Shown: positions 55,590-64,000 of the stretch, piece after piece | Position numbering within the stretch: position 1 is the first letter of the stretch | Layout: every line of letters starts with the position of its first letter | Assembly: GCA_034521815.1 (NCBI GenBank) | Contig: JAXHLW010000013.1 | Coordinates: forward strand, 608,001-672,000 | Direction of reading: 5' to 3' | DNA: 64,000 nt | DNA from: Trueperaceae bacterium | GTDB lineage: Bacteria > Deinococcota > Deinococci > Deinococcales > Trueperaceae | Made by a program: the position numbers and the translations under genes | Notes under the pieces: generated by a model | Database searches by the model: none | What the model saw: only the letters and a program-made list of their open reading frames with translations | What the model was told of the DNA's origin: nothing

Positions 55590-57670
55590 GCGCCGAGCGG
55601 CGTGGCGCCGGCCTGGAGGTGGAGGGGCTCACCGTCCGCTACGGCGACGGACCGGACGCTCCCGCAGCGATCCGCGACGTCGATCTGCAGGTCGCGCCGG
55701 GCGAGACGGTCGGCCTGGTGGGCGAGTCGGGAAGCGGCAAGACGACGCTGGCGCTGGCGGTGCTGCGCGCGCTGCCCGAGGCCGGCCGCGTCGACGGGGG
55801 ACGGATCTCGCTGGCCGGCGACGACCTGCTGGCGATGGACGCGCGCGCCCTGCGCGAGCTGTGGCGCCACCGGATCAAGCTGGTGCCGCAGAACCCGCTG
55901 CCGTCGATGAACCCGGCCCACACCGTGGGTCATCAGCTGGCCGAGTCGCTGTCGCCCGATCGGCCCGGCCGCGCCGACCGGGAGCGGATCGACGCCATGC
56001 TGGACGCCGTCGGCCTGGCCGATCCGGGGCGCATCCGCCGCTCGTACCCGTTCGAGCTGTCCGGCGGCCAACAGCAGCGCGTCATGATCGCCATGGCGCT
56101 GCTGGGCGAGCCCGAGCTGCTGGTGATGGACGAGCCCACCACGAACCTCGACGTGACGACCGAGGCCGCCATCCTGGAGCTGGTCCGCGGGCTGGTGCGC
56201 GGCTCGGACACCGCCGTGTTGTACGTCAGCCACAGCCTGGGCGTGGTGTCGCAGCTGTGCGACCGCGTCGAGGTGCTCTACGCCGGCGAGCTGGTCGAGT
56301 GCGCCCCGGTCGATGAACTCTACGACGCCCCTCGCCACCCGTACACCGTCGGGCTGTTGGACAGCGTGCCGCTGCTGGGACGCACCAAGACCGACGCGCC
56401 GCTCAGGCCGATCCCCGGTCGCATTCCGGACCCCACCGAGCTGCCCCCCGGCTGCGTGTTCGCGCCCCGTTGTCCCGCCGCGGAGGAGGCCTGCCGGACA
56501 GCGCGCCCGGCGCTGGAGTCGGCGGGACCGAACCGGCTGGTCGCCTGCCGTCGCTGGCGCGAGATCGCGGACGGCGACGTGTCCGCGCGTCAGCCCGCTC
56601 CGGGCCATGCCGAGGAGGCCTTGGAGGTCGCCGCCGGCGACGCTCCCGCCCTGAGCGCGATCGGCATCGAGAAGCGGTTCGAGACGCGCCGCGGCCTCAT
56701 GGACCGGCTTCGTGGACGCGAAGCCGGCGCGGTCAAGGCCCTGCGGGGCGTCGACCTCGAGGTGCGGCAAGGCCGGACGCTGGGCCTGGTCGGCGAGAGC
56801 GGCAGCGGCAAGAGCACGCTGGCCCGCGCCGTCATCGGTCTGGAGCCCGCCAGCGACGGGACGTTCGAGCTCCTGGGCGTGCCGCTCACCCGCCGGCTGG
56901 AGCGTCGCGATCGCGAGGTGATCCGTCGCTTGCAGATGGTGTTCCAGTCCAGCGACGAGGCGCTCAACCCCCACCGCAGCGTGGGCGCCACCTTGCGACG
57001 GCCGTTCATGCACCTCGCCGGGCTGGACCGCGCGGAGGCGGACCGCCGGGTCGCGCGGCTGCTGGAGTCCGTGAACCTGACCGCGGACTACGCCGCCCGC
57101 ATGCCCGATCAGCTGTCGGGCGGCGAGAAGCAGCGCGTGACCGTCGCACGGGCGTTCGCGAGCGATCCCGAGCTGATCCTGTTCGACGAGTCCGTGTCGG
57201 GCCTGGACGTGAGCGTGCAGGCGTCGCTGCTGAACCTCCTCGACGAGCTTCAGCGCGAGCGCCACGCCAGCTACCTGTTCATCAGCCACGACCTCGCCGT
57301 GGTGGCTCACCTCGCGGACGACGTCGCGGTGCTGTACCTGGGCCAGGTGATGGAGTCCGGTCCCGCCGGGACCGTCCTGGCGCCGCCGTACCACCCGTAC
57401 ACCGAAGCGTTGCTGGCCGCCGTGCCGCGGATCGATCCGCACGTCGCAGCGGCACGGCCGCCTCTGGAGGGCGAGGTGCCCAGCCCGCGCGACGTGCCGC
57501 CAGGGTGCCCGTTCGCGACGCGCTGTCCGCGCGTCCTGGGCGCGGTCTGCCACGACGAGCCGCCGCCCGTCACCGTGGACGAGGATGGGCGCCACCGGAT
57601 CCGCTGCCACATCCCTCGTGACGAGCTCCTGGAGCTCCAAGAGCCGCTGGTCGAGAGGGTCGCGACGTGA
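55586..57670 (+). CDS. Fused double peptide ABC ATPase (DppD-DppF-like) with two Cys-rich C-terminal modules
   Basis: GESGSGK occurs twice, with HPYT..GC.FA.RCP repeated. Confidence 0.9.
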   Translation: MSAERRGAGLEVEGLTVRYGDGPDAPAAIRDVDLQVAPGETVGLVGESGSGKTTLALAVLRALPEAGRVDGGRISLAGDDLLAMDARALRELWRHRIKLVPQNPLPSMNPAHTVGHQLAESLSPDRPGRADRERIDAMLDAVGLADPGRIRRSYPFELSGGQQQRVMIAMALLGEPELLVMDEPTTNLDVTTEAAILELVRGLVRGSDTAVLYVSHSLGVVSQLCDRVEVLYAGELVECAPVDELYDAPRHPYTVGLLDSVPLLGRTKTDAPLRPIPGRIPDPTELPPGCVFAPRCPAAEEACRTARPALESAGPNRLVACRRWREIADGDVSARQPAPGHAEEALEVAAGDAPALSAIGIEKRFETRRGLMDRLRGREAGAVKALRGVDLEVRQGRTLGLVGESGSGKSTLARAVIGLEPASDGTFELLGVPLTRRLERRDREVIRRLQMVFQSSDEALNPHRSVGATLRRPFMHLAGLDRAEADRRVARLLESVNLTADYAARMPDQLSGGEKQRVTVARAFASDPELILFDESVSGLDVSVQASLLNLLDELQRERHASYLFISHDLAVVAHLADDVAVLYLGQVMESGPAGTVLAPPYHPYTEALLAAVPRIDPHVAAARPPLEGEVPSPRDVPPGCPFATRCPRVLGAVCHDEPPPVTVDEDGRHRIRCHIPRDELLELQEPLVERVAT

Positions 57671-58611
57671 CGCGCTACCTGCTACGGCGCGTCGGCTTCC
57701 TGGCGCTCACGGTGTTGCTCACCTCGATGCTGGTGTTCGCCGTGACGCAGCTGCTCCCCGGCGATCCGGCCAGGATCATCCTGGGCCGCGAGGCCGGCCC
57801 GGCGGCGCTGGCCCAGCTGCGCGAGGAGCTGGGCCTGGACCGCTCCGTGCCGGTGCAGTACCTGGACTGGCTCGGCGGCTTCATGACCGGTGACTGGGGC
57901 GACAGCTACGGCACCGGTCAGGCGATCCGGCCGCTGGTGACCGAGCGCCTGGGCAACAGCCTTCGCCTGGCCGGCCTGACCCTGCTGGTCGCCGTTCCCC
58001 TGGCGCTGCTGCTGGGCATCGTCGCCGCCGTGAACGCCGAGCGCTGGCCGGACACGCTGATCAGCGTCGGCAGCCTGGCGGTGGTCGGGCTGCCCGAGTT
58101 CGTGACCGGGCTGGTGCTGATCCAGCTGTTCTCGTTCCAGCTGGGCTGGCTGCCCGCCAACGCGTCGATCCCGGCAGGCACCGGGTTCGTGGCCGCCCTG
58201 CCGCAGCTGATCCTGCCGGCGCTCACCGCCACGCTGGTGATGCTGGCGTACGTCGCCCGGCTCACGCGCGCCAGCGTGCTCGAGGAGCTCCAGCGACCGT
58301 ACGTCCGGACCGCGCGACTCAAAGGCGTGACGGGGCGGAGCGTGCTGCTCCGGCACGTGCTCAGGAACGCGCTGCTACCCGCCATCACCGTCATCGCGAT
58401 CAGCTTCGGCTGGCTGATCAGCGGCCTGATCGTCGTCGAGAACGTGTTCAACTACCCGGGCCTCGGAAGGCTGATGACGTTCGCGATCGATCGGCGCGAC
58501 CTGCCGCTGATGCAGTCGATCACGCTGGTGGCCGTCGTGGCGTTCGCCCTGGCGAACCTGATCGCGGACCTGCTGTACGCCGCGCTCGATCCCAGGATCC
58601 GGCTGTCCTGA
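57667..58611 (+). CDS. Peptide ABC permease (DppB-like)
   Basis: LPGDPA, YVRTARLKG, ENVFNYPGLG and DPRIR. Confidence 0.9.
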   Translation: MTRYLLRRVGFLALTVLLTSMLVFAVTQLLPGDPARIILGREAGPAALAQLREELGLDRSVPVQYLDWLGGFMTGDWGDSYGTGQAIRPLVTERLGNSLRLAGLTLLVAVPLALLLGIVAAVNAERWPDTLISVGSLAVVGLPEFVTGLVLIQLFSFQLGWLPANASIPAGTGFVAALPQLILPALTATLVMLAYVARLTRASVLEELQRPYVRTARLKGVTGRSVLLRHVLRNALLPAITVIAISFGWLISGLIVVENVFNYPGLGRLMTFAIDRRDLPLMQSITLVAVVAFALANLIADLLYAALDPRIRLS

Positions 58612-58648
58612 CGCTGCCCGATCGGCCGGTTCATCGGACCCGGCCGGA

Positions 58649-59434
58649 TCAGACGCCGGTGAACGACGCGATGCGCTCGCGCGCGTCGTCCGCGTGGGTA
58701 TCCACCTCGCCGGCGACGCGGCCGTCCCGCAGGAACACGATCCGATCGGCCATCATCGCCGCGTTGGGGTCGTGCGACACCATGGCCACCGTCCAGCCGC
58801 GGTCGTTCACGCCGGAGCGGAGCAGGTCGAGCACCTCCTGCCCCGACACCGAGTCCAGGTTGCCCGTCGGCTCGTCCGCGAGGACGACGACCGGATCGTT
58901 CACGAGGGCCCGCGCCAAGGCGACGCGCTGGCGCTGACCCCCGGACAGCTGGGCCGGCCGATGCTCGAGCCGGTCCGCGACGCCCAGGTGCTCGGCCAGG
59001 CTGGCCAGCCGACGCTCGCCTTGGGCGCGTCGCCCCGCCACCTCGGCGGGCAGCAGCACGTTCTCGCGAGCCGACAGGTTCGCGATCAGCTCGAACGTCT
59101 GGAACACGAACCCGATCCGGTCGCGGCGCATCGCCGTCAGCGCGTCGTCGTCCAAGCCGGCGGTGTCCTGCCCGTCCACCAGGACGGTGCCCTCGTCCGG
59201 CGCGTCCAGCAGCCCCAGCAGATGAAGCAGCGTGGACTTGCCGCTCCCCGACGGGCCCATCACCGCCACGAAGCTTCCCGGCGCGATCCGCAGCGAGACG
59301 TCGTCCAGCGCCAGGATCTCGACCTCGCCCAGGCGGTAGCGCTTGCTCAGTCCGACCGCTTCGAGCGCGGGCGCCACGTCGCCCGCGTCGTCGGCCGTCG
59401 CGTTCGCAGGTGGCGGATCAGGGGCTCGCGTCAT
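58649..59434 (-). CDS. MacB/LolD-type ABC ATPase
   Basis: GPSGSGKST, IGFVFQ, LSGGQRQR and ADEPTGNLD. Confidence 0.92.
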   Translation of the reverse strand: MTRAPDPPPANATADDAGDVAPALEAVGLSKRYRLGEVEILALDDVSLRIAPGSFVAVMGPSGSGKSTLLHLLGLLDAPDEGTVLVDGQDTAGLDDDALTAMRRDRIGFVFQTFELIANLSARENVLLPAEVAGRRAQGERRLASLAEHLGVADRLEHRPAQLSGGQRQRVALARALVNDPVVVLADEPTGNLDSVSGQEVLDLLRSGVNDRGWTVAMVSHDPNAAMMADRIVFLRDGRVAGEVDTHADDARERIASFTGV

Positions 59435-61989
59435 TCGGTTCCTCTCAGGGCCACGACCGGCGGCAGCCGGGCCGCGCGTCGCGCAGGCAGCAGCGACGCC
59501 AACAGGCCGACCGCCGGCGACGCCGCCAGCGCGATGGCGACCAGCGGCCACGGCAGCACGGGATCGATTCGGAAGCCGCTCAGGGCGGCCGCTCCGGCGG
59601 TCACGACGTTCGCCAGCATCAGGCCGAACGCCACGCCCAGCACGCTGCCCAGCATGACGACCACCAGGCCCTCGGCGACGACGACCTTGCGGATCCCGGA
59701 GCGGGTCAGGCCCAGCACCCGCAGCGTGGCCAGCTCGCGTGCACGGGAGGACAGGTTCATGCCCAGCGTGTTCGCGACGCCCAGCGCCGCGATCGCGACC
59801 GCCAGCAGCAGCAGCGTGTTCGTGGTGGTGAACGTTCGGCGGCTCAGCGACACGATCTCGGCACGGTACTCGTCGTTGGGCGTCGCGTCGAGGTAGAGCC
59901 CTGGGAACGTCGCCAGCAGGCGTTCTCGGACCTCGACCACACTGGCCCCTGGATCGACGGTCATCACGAACAGGTCGGGCGTCCCCCCGCCGAAGCGGTC
60001 CAGCATCTCGATCGAGGCCACGAACGTCTCGCCGCCGCCGGTGAAGTCCACGACGACGCCTCCGACCTCGAACGTCTCGAACCCGTCGTTGGTGCGGAGG
60101 GTGACCTCGTCCCCGGCGCCGACGCCGAACCGCTCCTGGATGGTGCTGGCCGCCAGCACGCCATCGTTCGACGTCAACGCCCGGTAGCCCTGACGCGCGT
60201 CGCCCTCGCCCTGCACGTACTGGAACGATCCGAATCCCTCGTCGGGATCGAACCGGCTCGGGTCGACGAGGATCAACGCCACGCTCCGTCCGCGCTCCTC
60301 GCCCTCCGGCTGGAACCGCACGACCCGGATGCCGACGCCCGACACCTGATCGACGCCGGCGGTCTGGGCCGCCCGAACGGCGAAGTCGTCGGGGAACGAC
60401 ACGGGCGAGGTCACGAACAGGTCGCCGACGATCGTGGTGTCCACCCAGCCGCGGATCTCGGCGTTGATGCCGGACACCATCGAGCCGACGCCGACCACCA
60501 GTCCGGTCCCCACCACGACGGTGCCCACGGCCACGCCGTTGCGGCTGGCGCTGTGGTCCGCGAAGGCCGAGCCCAGCCGTCCCGCCGTGCCGAACGCGGC
60601 GCGCAGCAACGGCTCAGCCAGGCGCAGGGTGGGACGCAGCAGGCTCCGCGCCGCCAGCGCGGTCCCCACCGCGAAGGCGGCCATCGCCAGCCCCGCGCCG
60701 GCCAGCGCCCACAGCCCGGGCCAGGGAACGCGCGTGGCGACCACCGCCAGCGCCAGCAGCGCCCAGCCGAGGACGGTCCTGCTGGGTGCGGCCGCGTCGT
60801 CCGCGCTGCGGCGAGCGGCCAGGGGAGAGGCCTGCGACGCGGTCCAGGCCGGAAGCACGCCGGCACCCAGCGCGACCGCGGCGCCGGTGACGGTCGCGGC
60901 CGCCACCGCCCAGGTCGGCAGCACCAGCGTGCGCACCTCGAACCCCAGGCCGAAGGCGTTGATCGAGGTGATCAGCCACGACATGGCGATCCCCAGCACC
61001 ACGCCGAACACGGCGCCGGCCAGCGCCACGAACGCCGCTTCGGCCAGGGCCAGCCGGCGGATGTCCCGGCGGCGGAACGCCACGGTGCGCAACAGCGCGT
61101 ACTCGCGGGTCCGCTCGACCACGCCCGCCATGAAGGTGTTGTACGCCATGAACCCGCCCAGGGCCAGCAGCGTCACCGCCAGCACCAGCAGGCCCGACTG
61201 CAGCGTCTGGACGATCCCGCCGGCCAGCTCGCCGCTGCCGGCCGGGTAGACGACCGCGTAGCTCTCGCTCAGCCGCCCGGTCAGGGCGTCCTCGACGTCG
61301 ACGGTGAGCGCGCCCTCCTCGAGCACGACCTCCATGACCGAGATCCTGCCGGGGAGCCGCACCGCGTCCTGCACCGCGTCGATCGGAGCGATCGCGACCC
61401 GGCCGCCGTTCGTGCTGGCGTACCCCAGCGCGGCGTCCATCAGGCCCACCACGTCGAACGTGACGTCGCCGAACCGGCTCGCGAACGTGAGCGGGTCGCC
61501 CACCTCGATCCCGCGCACCTCGGCGAACGCGTCCGAGAGCGCCAGCGCTCGCTCGCCGGGCTGGGGCCAGCGCCCGGCGGAGAGGCTCGAGGGGAGCAGC
61601 TCCTGGCGCGTCACGTCGCGACCGGACAGCTGAAACCCGCTGTCCACGCCGGGGACGACCGAGCGCTCGAACGCCTCGATGTCGCGCACCGGCTCCAGAC
61701 GGACGTTCAGGACGGGAAGGAACGCAGCGACGTCGGGCGTGTCGCGGATCAGGTCCAGCAGCGGCTCGGCCTCCATCACCGCCCGGCCGGCCGCACCCGG
61801 CGTGACGACCAGCGCCGCCGGGCCGGCCGCCGCCTCGAGGTCCGCTTGCAGGTTGGCGCGGACGTTCGCGCCGACCGACAGCGTCGCCAGCACCGCGGCG
61901 ATCCCCAGCGCCACGCCGAGGACCGTCGCGGAGGTGCGCCACGGGTGGCGGAACAGGTTGCGTGCTGCGAGGCGGATCAGGATCGGCAT
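59431..61989 (-). CDS. FtsX-like (MacB-type) ABC permease with duplicated architecture
   Basis: RLAARNLFRHPWRT, YNTF..VVERTREYALLR, NTL..RARELATLRVLG and PARRAARL. Confidence 0.9.
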   Translation of the reverse strand: MPILIRLAARNLFRHPWRTSATVLGVALGIAAVLATLSVGANVRANLQADLEAAAGPAALVVTPGAAGRAVMEAEPLLDLIRDTPDVAAFLPVLNVRLEPVRDIEAFERSVVPGVDSGFQLSGRDVTRQELLPSSLSAGRWPQPGERALALSDAFAEVRGIEVGDPLTFASRFGDVTFDVVGLMDAALGYASTNGGRVAIAPIDAVQDAVRLPGRISVMEVVLEEGALTVDVEDALTGRLSESYAVVYPAGSGELAGGIVQTLQSGLLVLAVTLLALGGFMAYNTFMAGVVERTREYALLRTVAFRRRDIRRLALAEAAFVALAGAVFGVVLGIAMSWLITSINAFGLGFEVRTLVLPTWAVAAATVTGAAVALGAGVLPAWTASQASPLAARRSADDAAAPSRTVLGWALLALAVVATRVPWPGLWALAGAGLAMAAFAVGTALAARSLLRPTLRLAEPLLRAAFGTAGRLGSAFADHSASRNGVAVGTVVVGTGLVVGVGSMVSGINAEIRGWVDTTIVGDLFVTSPVSFPDDFAVRAAQTAGVDQVSGVGIRVVRFQPEGEERGRSVALILVDPSRFDPDEGFGSFQYVQGEGDARQGYRALTSNDGVLAASTIQERFGVGAGDEVTLRTNDGFETFEVGGVVVDFTGGGETFVASIEMLDRFGGGTPDLFVMTVDPGASVVEVRERLLATFPGLYLDATPNDEYRAEIVSLSRRTFTTTNTLLLLAVAIAALGVANTLGMNLSSRARELATLRVLGLTRSGIRKVVVAEGLVVVMLGSVLGVAFGLMLANVVTAGAAALSGFRIDPVLPWPLVAIALAASPAVGLLASLLPARRAARLPPVVALRGTE

Positions 61990-62101
61990 CGGCGGATCTC
62001 CTGGCGGCAAGACGTCGCGGAGGCAGTCTACCTGCGGAGGGCCAGAGGCCACGCAGCGAAGCCGGCGTGGGGCGCCCAGGCTGCGTTGGTACGATAGCGT
62101 C

Positions 62102-63349
62102 ATCGCCCGCCCACGTACGATCGCCCTCGCCACCATCGAGTACCCGCCCGATCCTCTCAGCGCCGGCATCGGATCGTACGTTCGTACCCTCGCCCGCTTC
62201 CTGCGCGACGCCGGCCACCAGGTGCACGTGGTCGCACGCGCGTACGCGCCGGCGCGCGAGGAGGAGGACGAGCAGGGAATCACCGTGCACCGGGTCGGTC
62301 CGGTGCGGCCCGACCTGCCTGCCGGGTTCGAGGGCGTCCGCACGATCTCGTTCGCGCTTCGCGCCGCGATGGGGGAGTGGCGCTACCGGCGCGACGTCGC
62401 GCGCACGCTGGAGCGCCTGGTCGATCACGAGGGGGTCGAGCTCATCGAGGCGGCGGATCATCTCGCCGAGCCGATCTTCTATCGTTCGACGCGAAGGCCC
62501 CAGGTGCCGTTCGTGGTGCGACTGCACACGCCGCTGGCCTTCACCGAGATGCTCGATCCGCACCTTCCGGGGTACGCCCGCCGTGTCGTGGGCGCGATCG
62601 AGCGCGCGTTCATCGTTCGGGCCAGCCACGTCTCGGCCCCGACCCGGACGGCGGCGACGGCGATCCGGGGCGTCATGCGGCTCGACAACGTGCCGGTCCA
62701 CGTGCACGCCAACCCGGTGCGATTTCCCGAGCGACGTCCCGAGCCGTCCACGGAGCCGGGCGACGACGCGCCCGAGCGACCGACGGTGCTCTTCGTCGGA
62801 CGCGTCTGCCGATTGAAGGGCGTGCACCTGTTGGCGCGTGCCTTGCCTGACATCGTCGAACGCGTCCCCGACGTGAGGTTCGATCTGGTCGGCTCGGACC
62901 ACGTGCCGATGGACGGCCATCCCGATACCCGGAGCTGGCTGCTGGCCCGCCTCCCGGAGAGGTACCACGATCACCTTCGGTTCCACGGCCACGTGCCCCC
63001 AGGGGAGCTCGGCGCGATCTACCGAGGGGCGACCGTGTGCGCGTTCCCCTCGCTGTTCGAGAGCTTCTCGTACGTCTGCCTCGAAGCGATGATCCACGGC
63101 AAGCCGGTGGTCGGAAGCTCGCGGGGCGGCATGGCCGAGCTTCTGGACGGCGGTCGCGCAGGCGTGCTGGTCGACCCTACCGAGGTGGACGCCCTGGCCG
63201 AGGCGATCTCCGGTCTGCTGCTCGATCCCGAGCGGCGCCGCACGCTGGGCGATCGCGCGCGGCGCAGGGCGCTGGAGAGCTACGGCCCAGACCGCGTGCT
63301 TCGCGACATCGAGGCGTTCTACGAGCGCGCGATCGACGAGCTCGCCTGA
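62102..63349 (+). CDS. Glycosyltransferase family 4; no canonical start codon visible
   Basis: EYPP..GIGSYV..L..AGHQVHV, FVGRVCRLKG and PSLFESFSYVCLEAM..GKPVV. Confidence 0.9.
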   Translation: MARPRTIALATIEYPPDPLSAGIGSYVRTLARFLRDAGHQVHVVARAYAPAREEEDEQGITVHRVGPVRPDLPAGFEGVRTISFALRAAMGEWRYRRDVARTLERLVDHEGVELIEAADHLAEPIFYRSTRRPQVPFVVRLHTPLAFTEMLDPHLPGYARRVVGAIERAFIVRASHVSAPTRTAATAIRGVMRLDNVPVHVHANPVRFPERRPEPSTEPGDDAPERPTVLFVGRVCRLKGVHLLARALPDIVERVPDVRFDLVGSDHVPMDGHPDTRSWLLARLPERYHDHLRFHGHVPPGELGAIYRGATVCAFPSLFESFSYVCLEAMIHGKPVVGSSRGGMAELLDGGRAGVLVDPTEVDALAEAISGLLLDPERRRTLGDRARRRALESYGPDRVLRDIEAFYERAIDELA

Positions 63350-63374
63350 CCCTCGTCTGGGCGCCCCTTGGTGC

Positions 63375-64000
63375 TCAGCTTTCGCCGTCGTCGGAGCGGC
63401 GGCCTCCGCGCTCGCCTCCACGCTCGCCGGCCGATCCCGACGCGGCGGTCTCGGCGTCGGCCGGCGCCGCCGCCGTGCGGACGACGAGATAGCCGCCCAG
63501 CATCGGACCGATCAGGTAGAGCGAGTAGTGGCTCACGGCTCGCCAGACCACGACCGCGGCCGCGACGCCGCTCCGCCCGGATTGGCTCAGCAGAGCCAGC
63601 GAGGCGCCGAACTCGAAGAACCCGCTTCCGCCGGGCGTCGGGAACAGCGAGCCCACACCCGCGACGATCGACATCGCCGCGACGACGGGCAGGGGCTGGG
63701 CCTCCACGCCGAAACCGCGAGCGCTGGCCCAGAGCACCAGGAAGAAGGTCGACCAGGAGCCGGCGACGAGCAGGTGAAACAGCCCGTGCCAGCGCCACGA
63801 GGCGCGTTGGAGCCGCTCGTTGGCCGCCACCAGCTCGTGGATGAACCGGTCCGCCTGCGGCCTGAAGCGCGCGAGACGACCACGGAGCACGACGCCGGCG
63901 ATCGGCGCGAGCCAGGCCAATCGGAACGCGAGCAGGTACGCGACCACCAGCGCCACGGCGGCGACGCCGACGATCAGGCCCTGCAGCCCGGGCGCATCGT
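63375..64000 (-). CDS. Lysylphosphatidylglycerol-synthase TM (YbhN/UPF0104 flippase-like) protein, 5' truncated
   Basis: PTPGGSGFFE and VVVWRAVSHY, with multiple TM helices; next to the GT4 gene. Confidence 0.8.
   Translation of the reverse strand, partial: DAPGLQGLIVGVAAVALVVAYLLAFRLAWLAPIAGVVLRGRLARFRPQADRFIHELVAANERLQRASWRWHGLFHLLVAGSWSTFFLVLWASARGFGVEAQPLPVVAAMSIVAGVGSLFPTPGGSGFFEFGASLALLSQSGRSGVAAAVVVWRAVSHYSLYLIGPMLGGYLVVRTAAAPADAETAASGSAGERGGERGGRRSDDGES

Overview
This is a high-GC chromosomal window from a Deinococcota bacterium, probably Truepera-like. The evidence is the tmRNA tag GNQNYALAA, the frequent TANNNT -10 boxes 6-8 nt upstream of start codons, and Deinococcota-style minor-pilin cassettes. 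The first 16.6 kb is accessory-like. It holds three unrelated type IV minor-pilin cassettes of FimT/PilV/PilW/PilX type around a metY-metY2-metX operon. That operon's leader carries a SAM-I riboswitch followed by a 25-codon RBS-bearing uORF ending RMSCAAAR. Two of the cassettes converge on a decayed AbrB-PIN module. They are bracketed by a 53-bp direct repeat (44/53 identical) of the metX 3' end, which suggests an integrase-less island inserted at metX. The rest is mostly housekeeping and transport: a DegT aminotransferase, two further TA pairs, a TAXI-TRAP/aminotransferase/cupin operon, tmRNA, MalK, ABC-F, purN/purD, dxs, tRNAs Asp/Phe/Thr, a P450, Crp, two peptide ABC systems, manA, ddl, an FtsX-type exporter and a GT4. 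Many conserved genes carry frameshifts, most likely long-read indel errors, so pseudogene calls are tentative. I found no CRISPR array, integrase or transposase.
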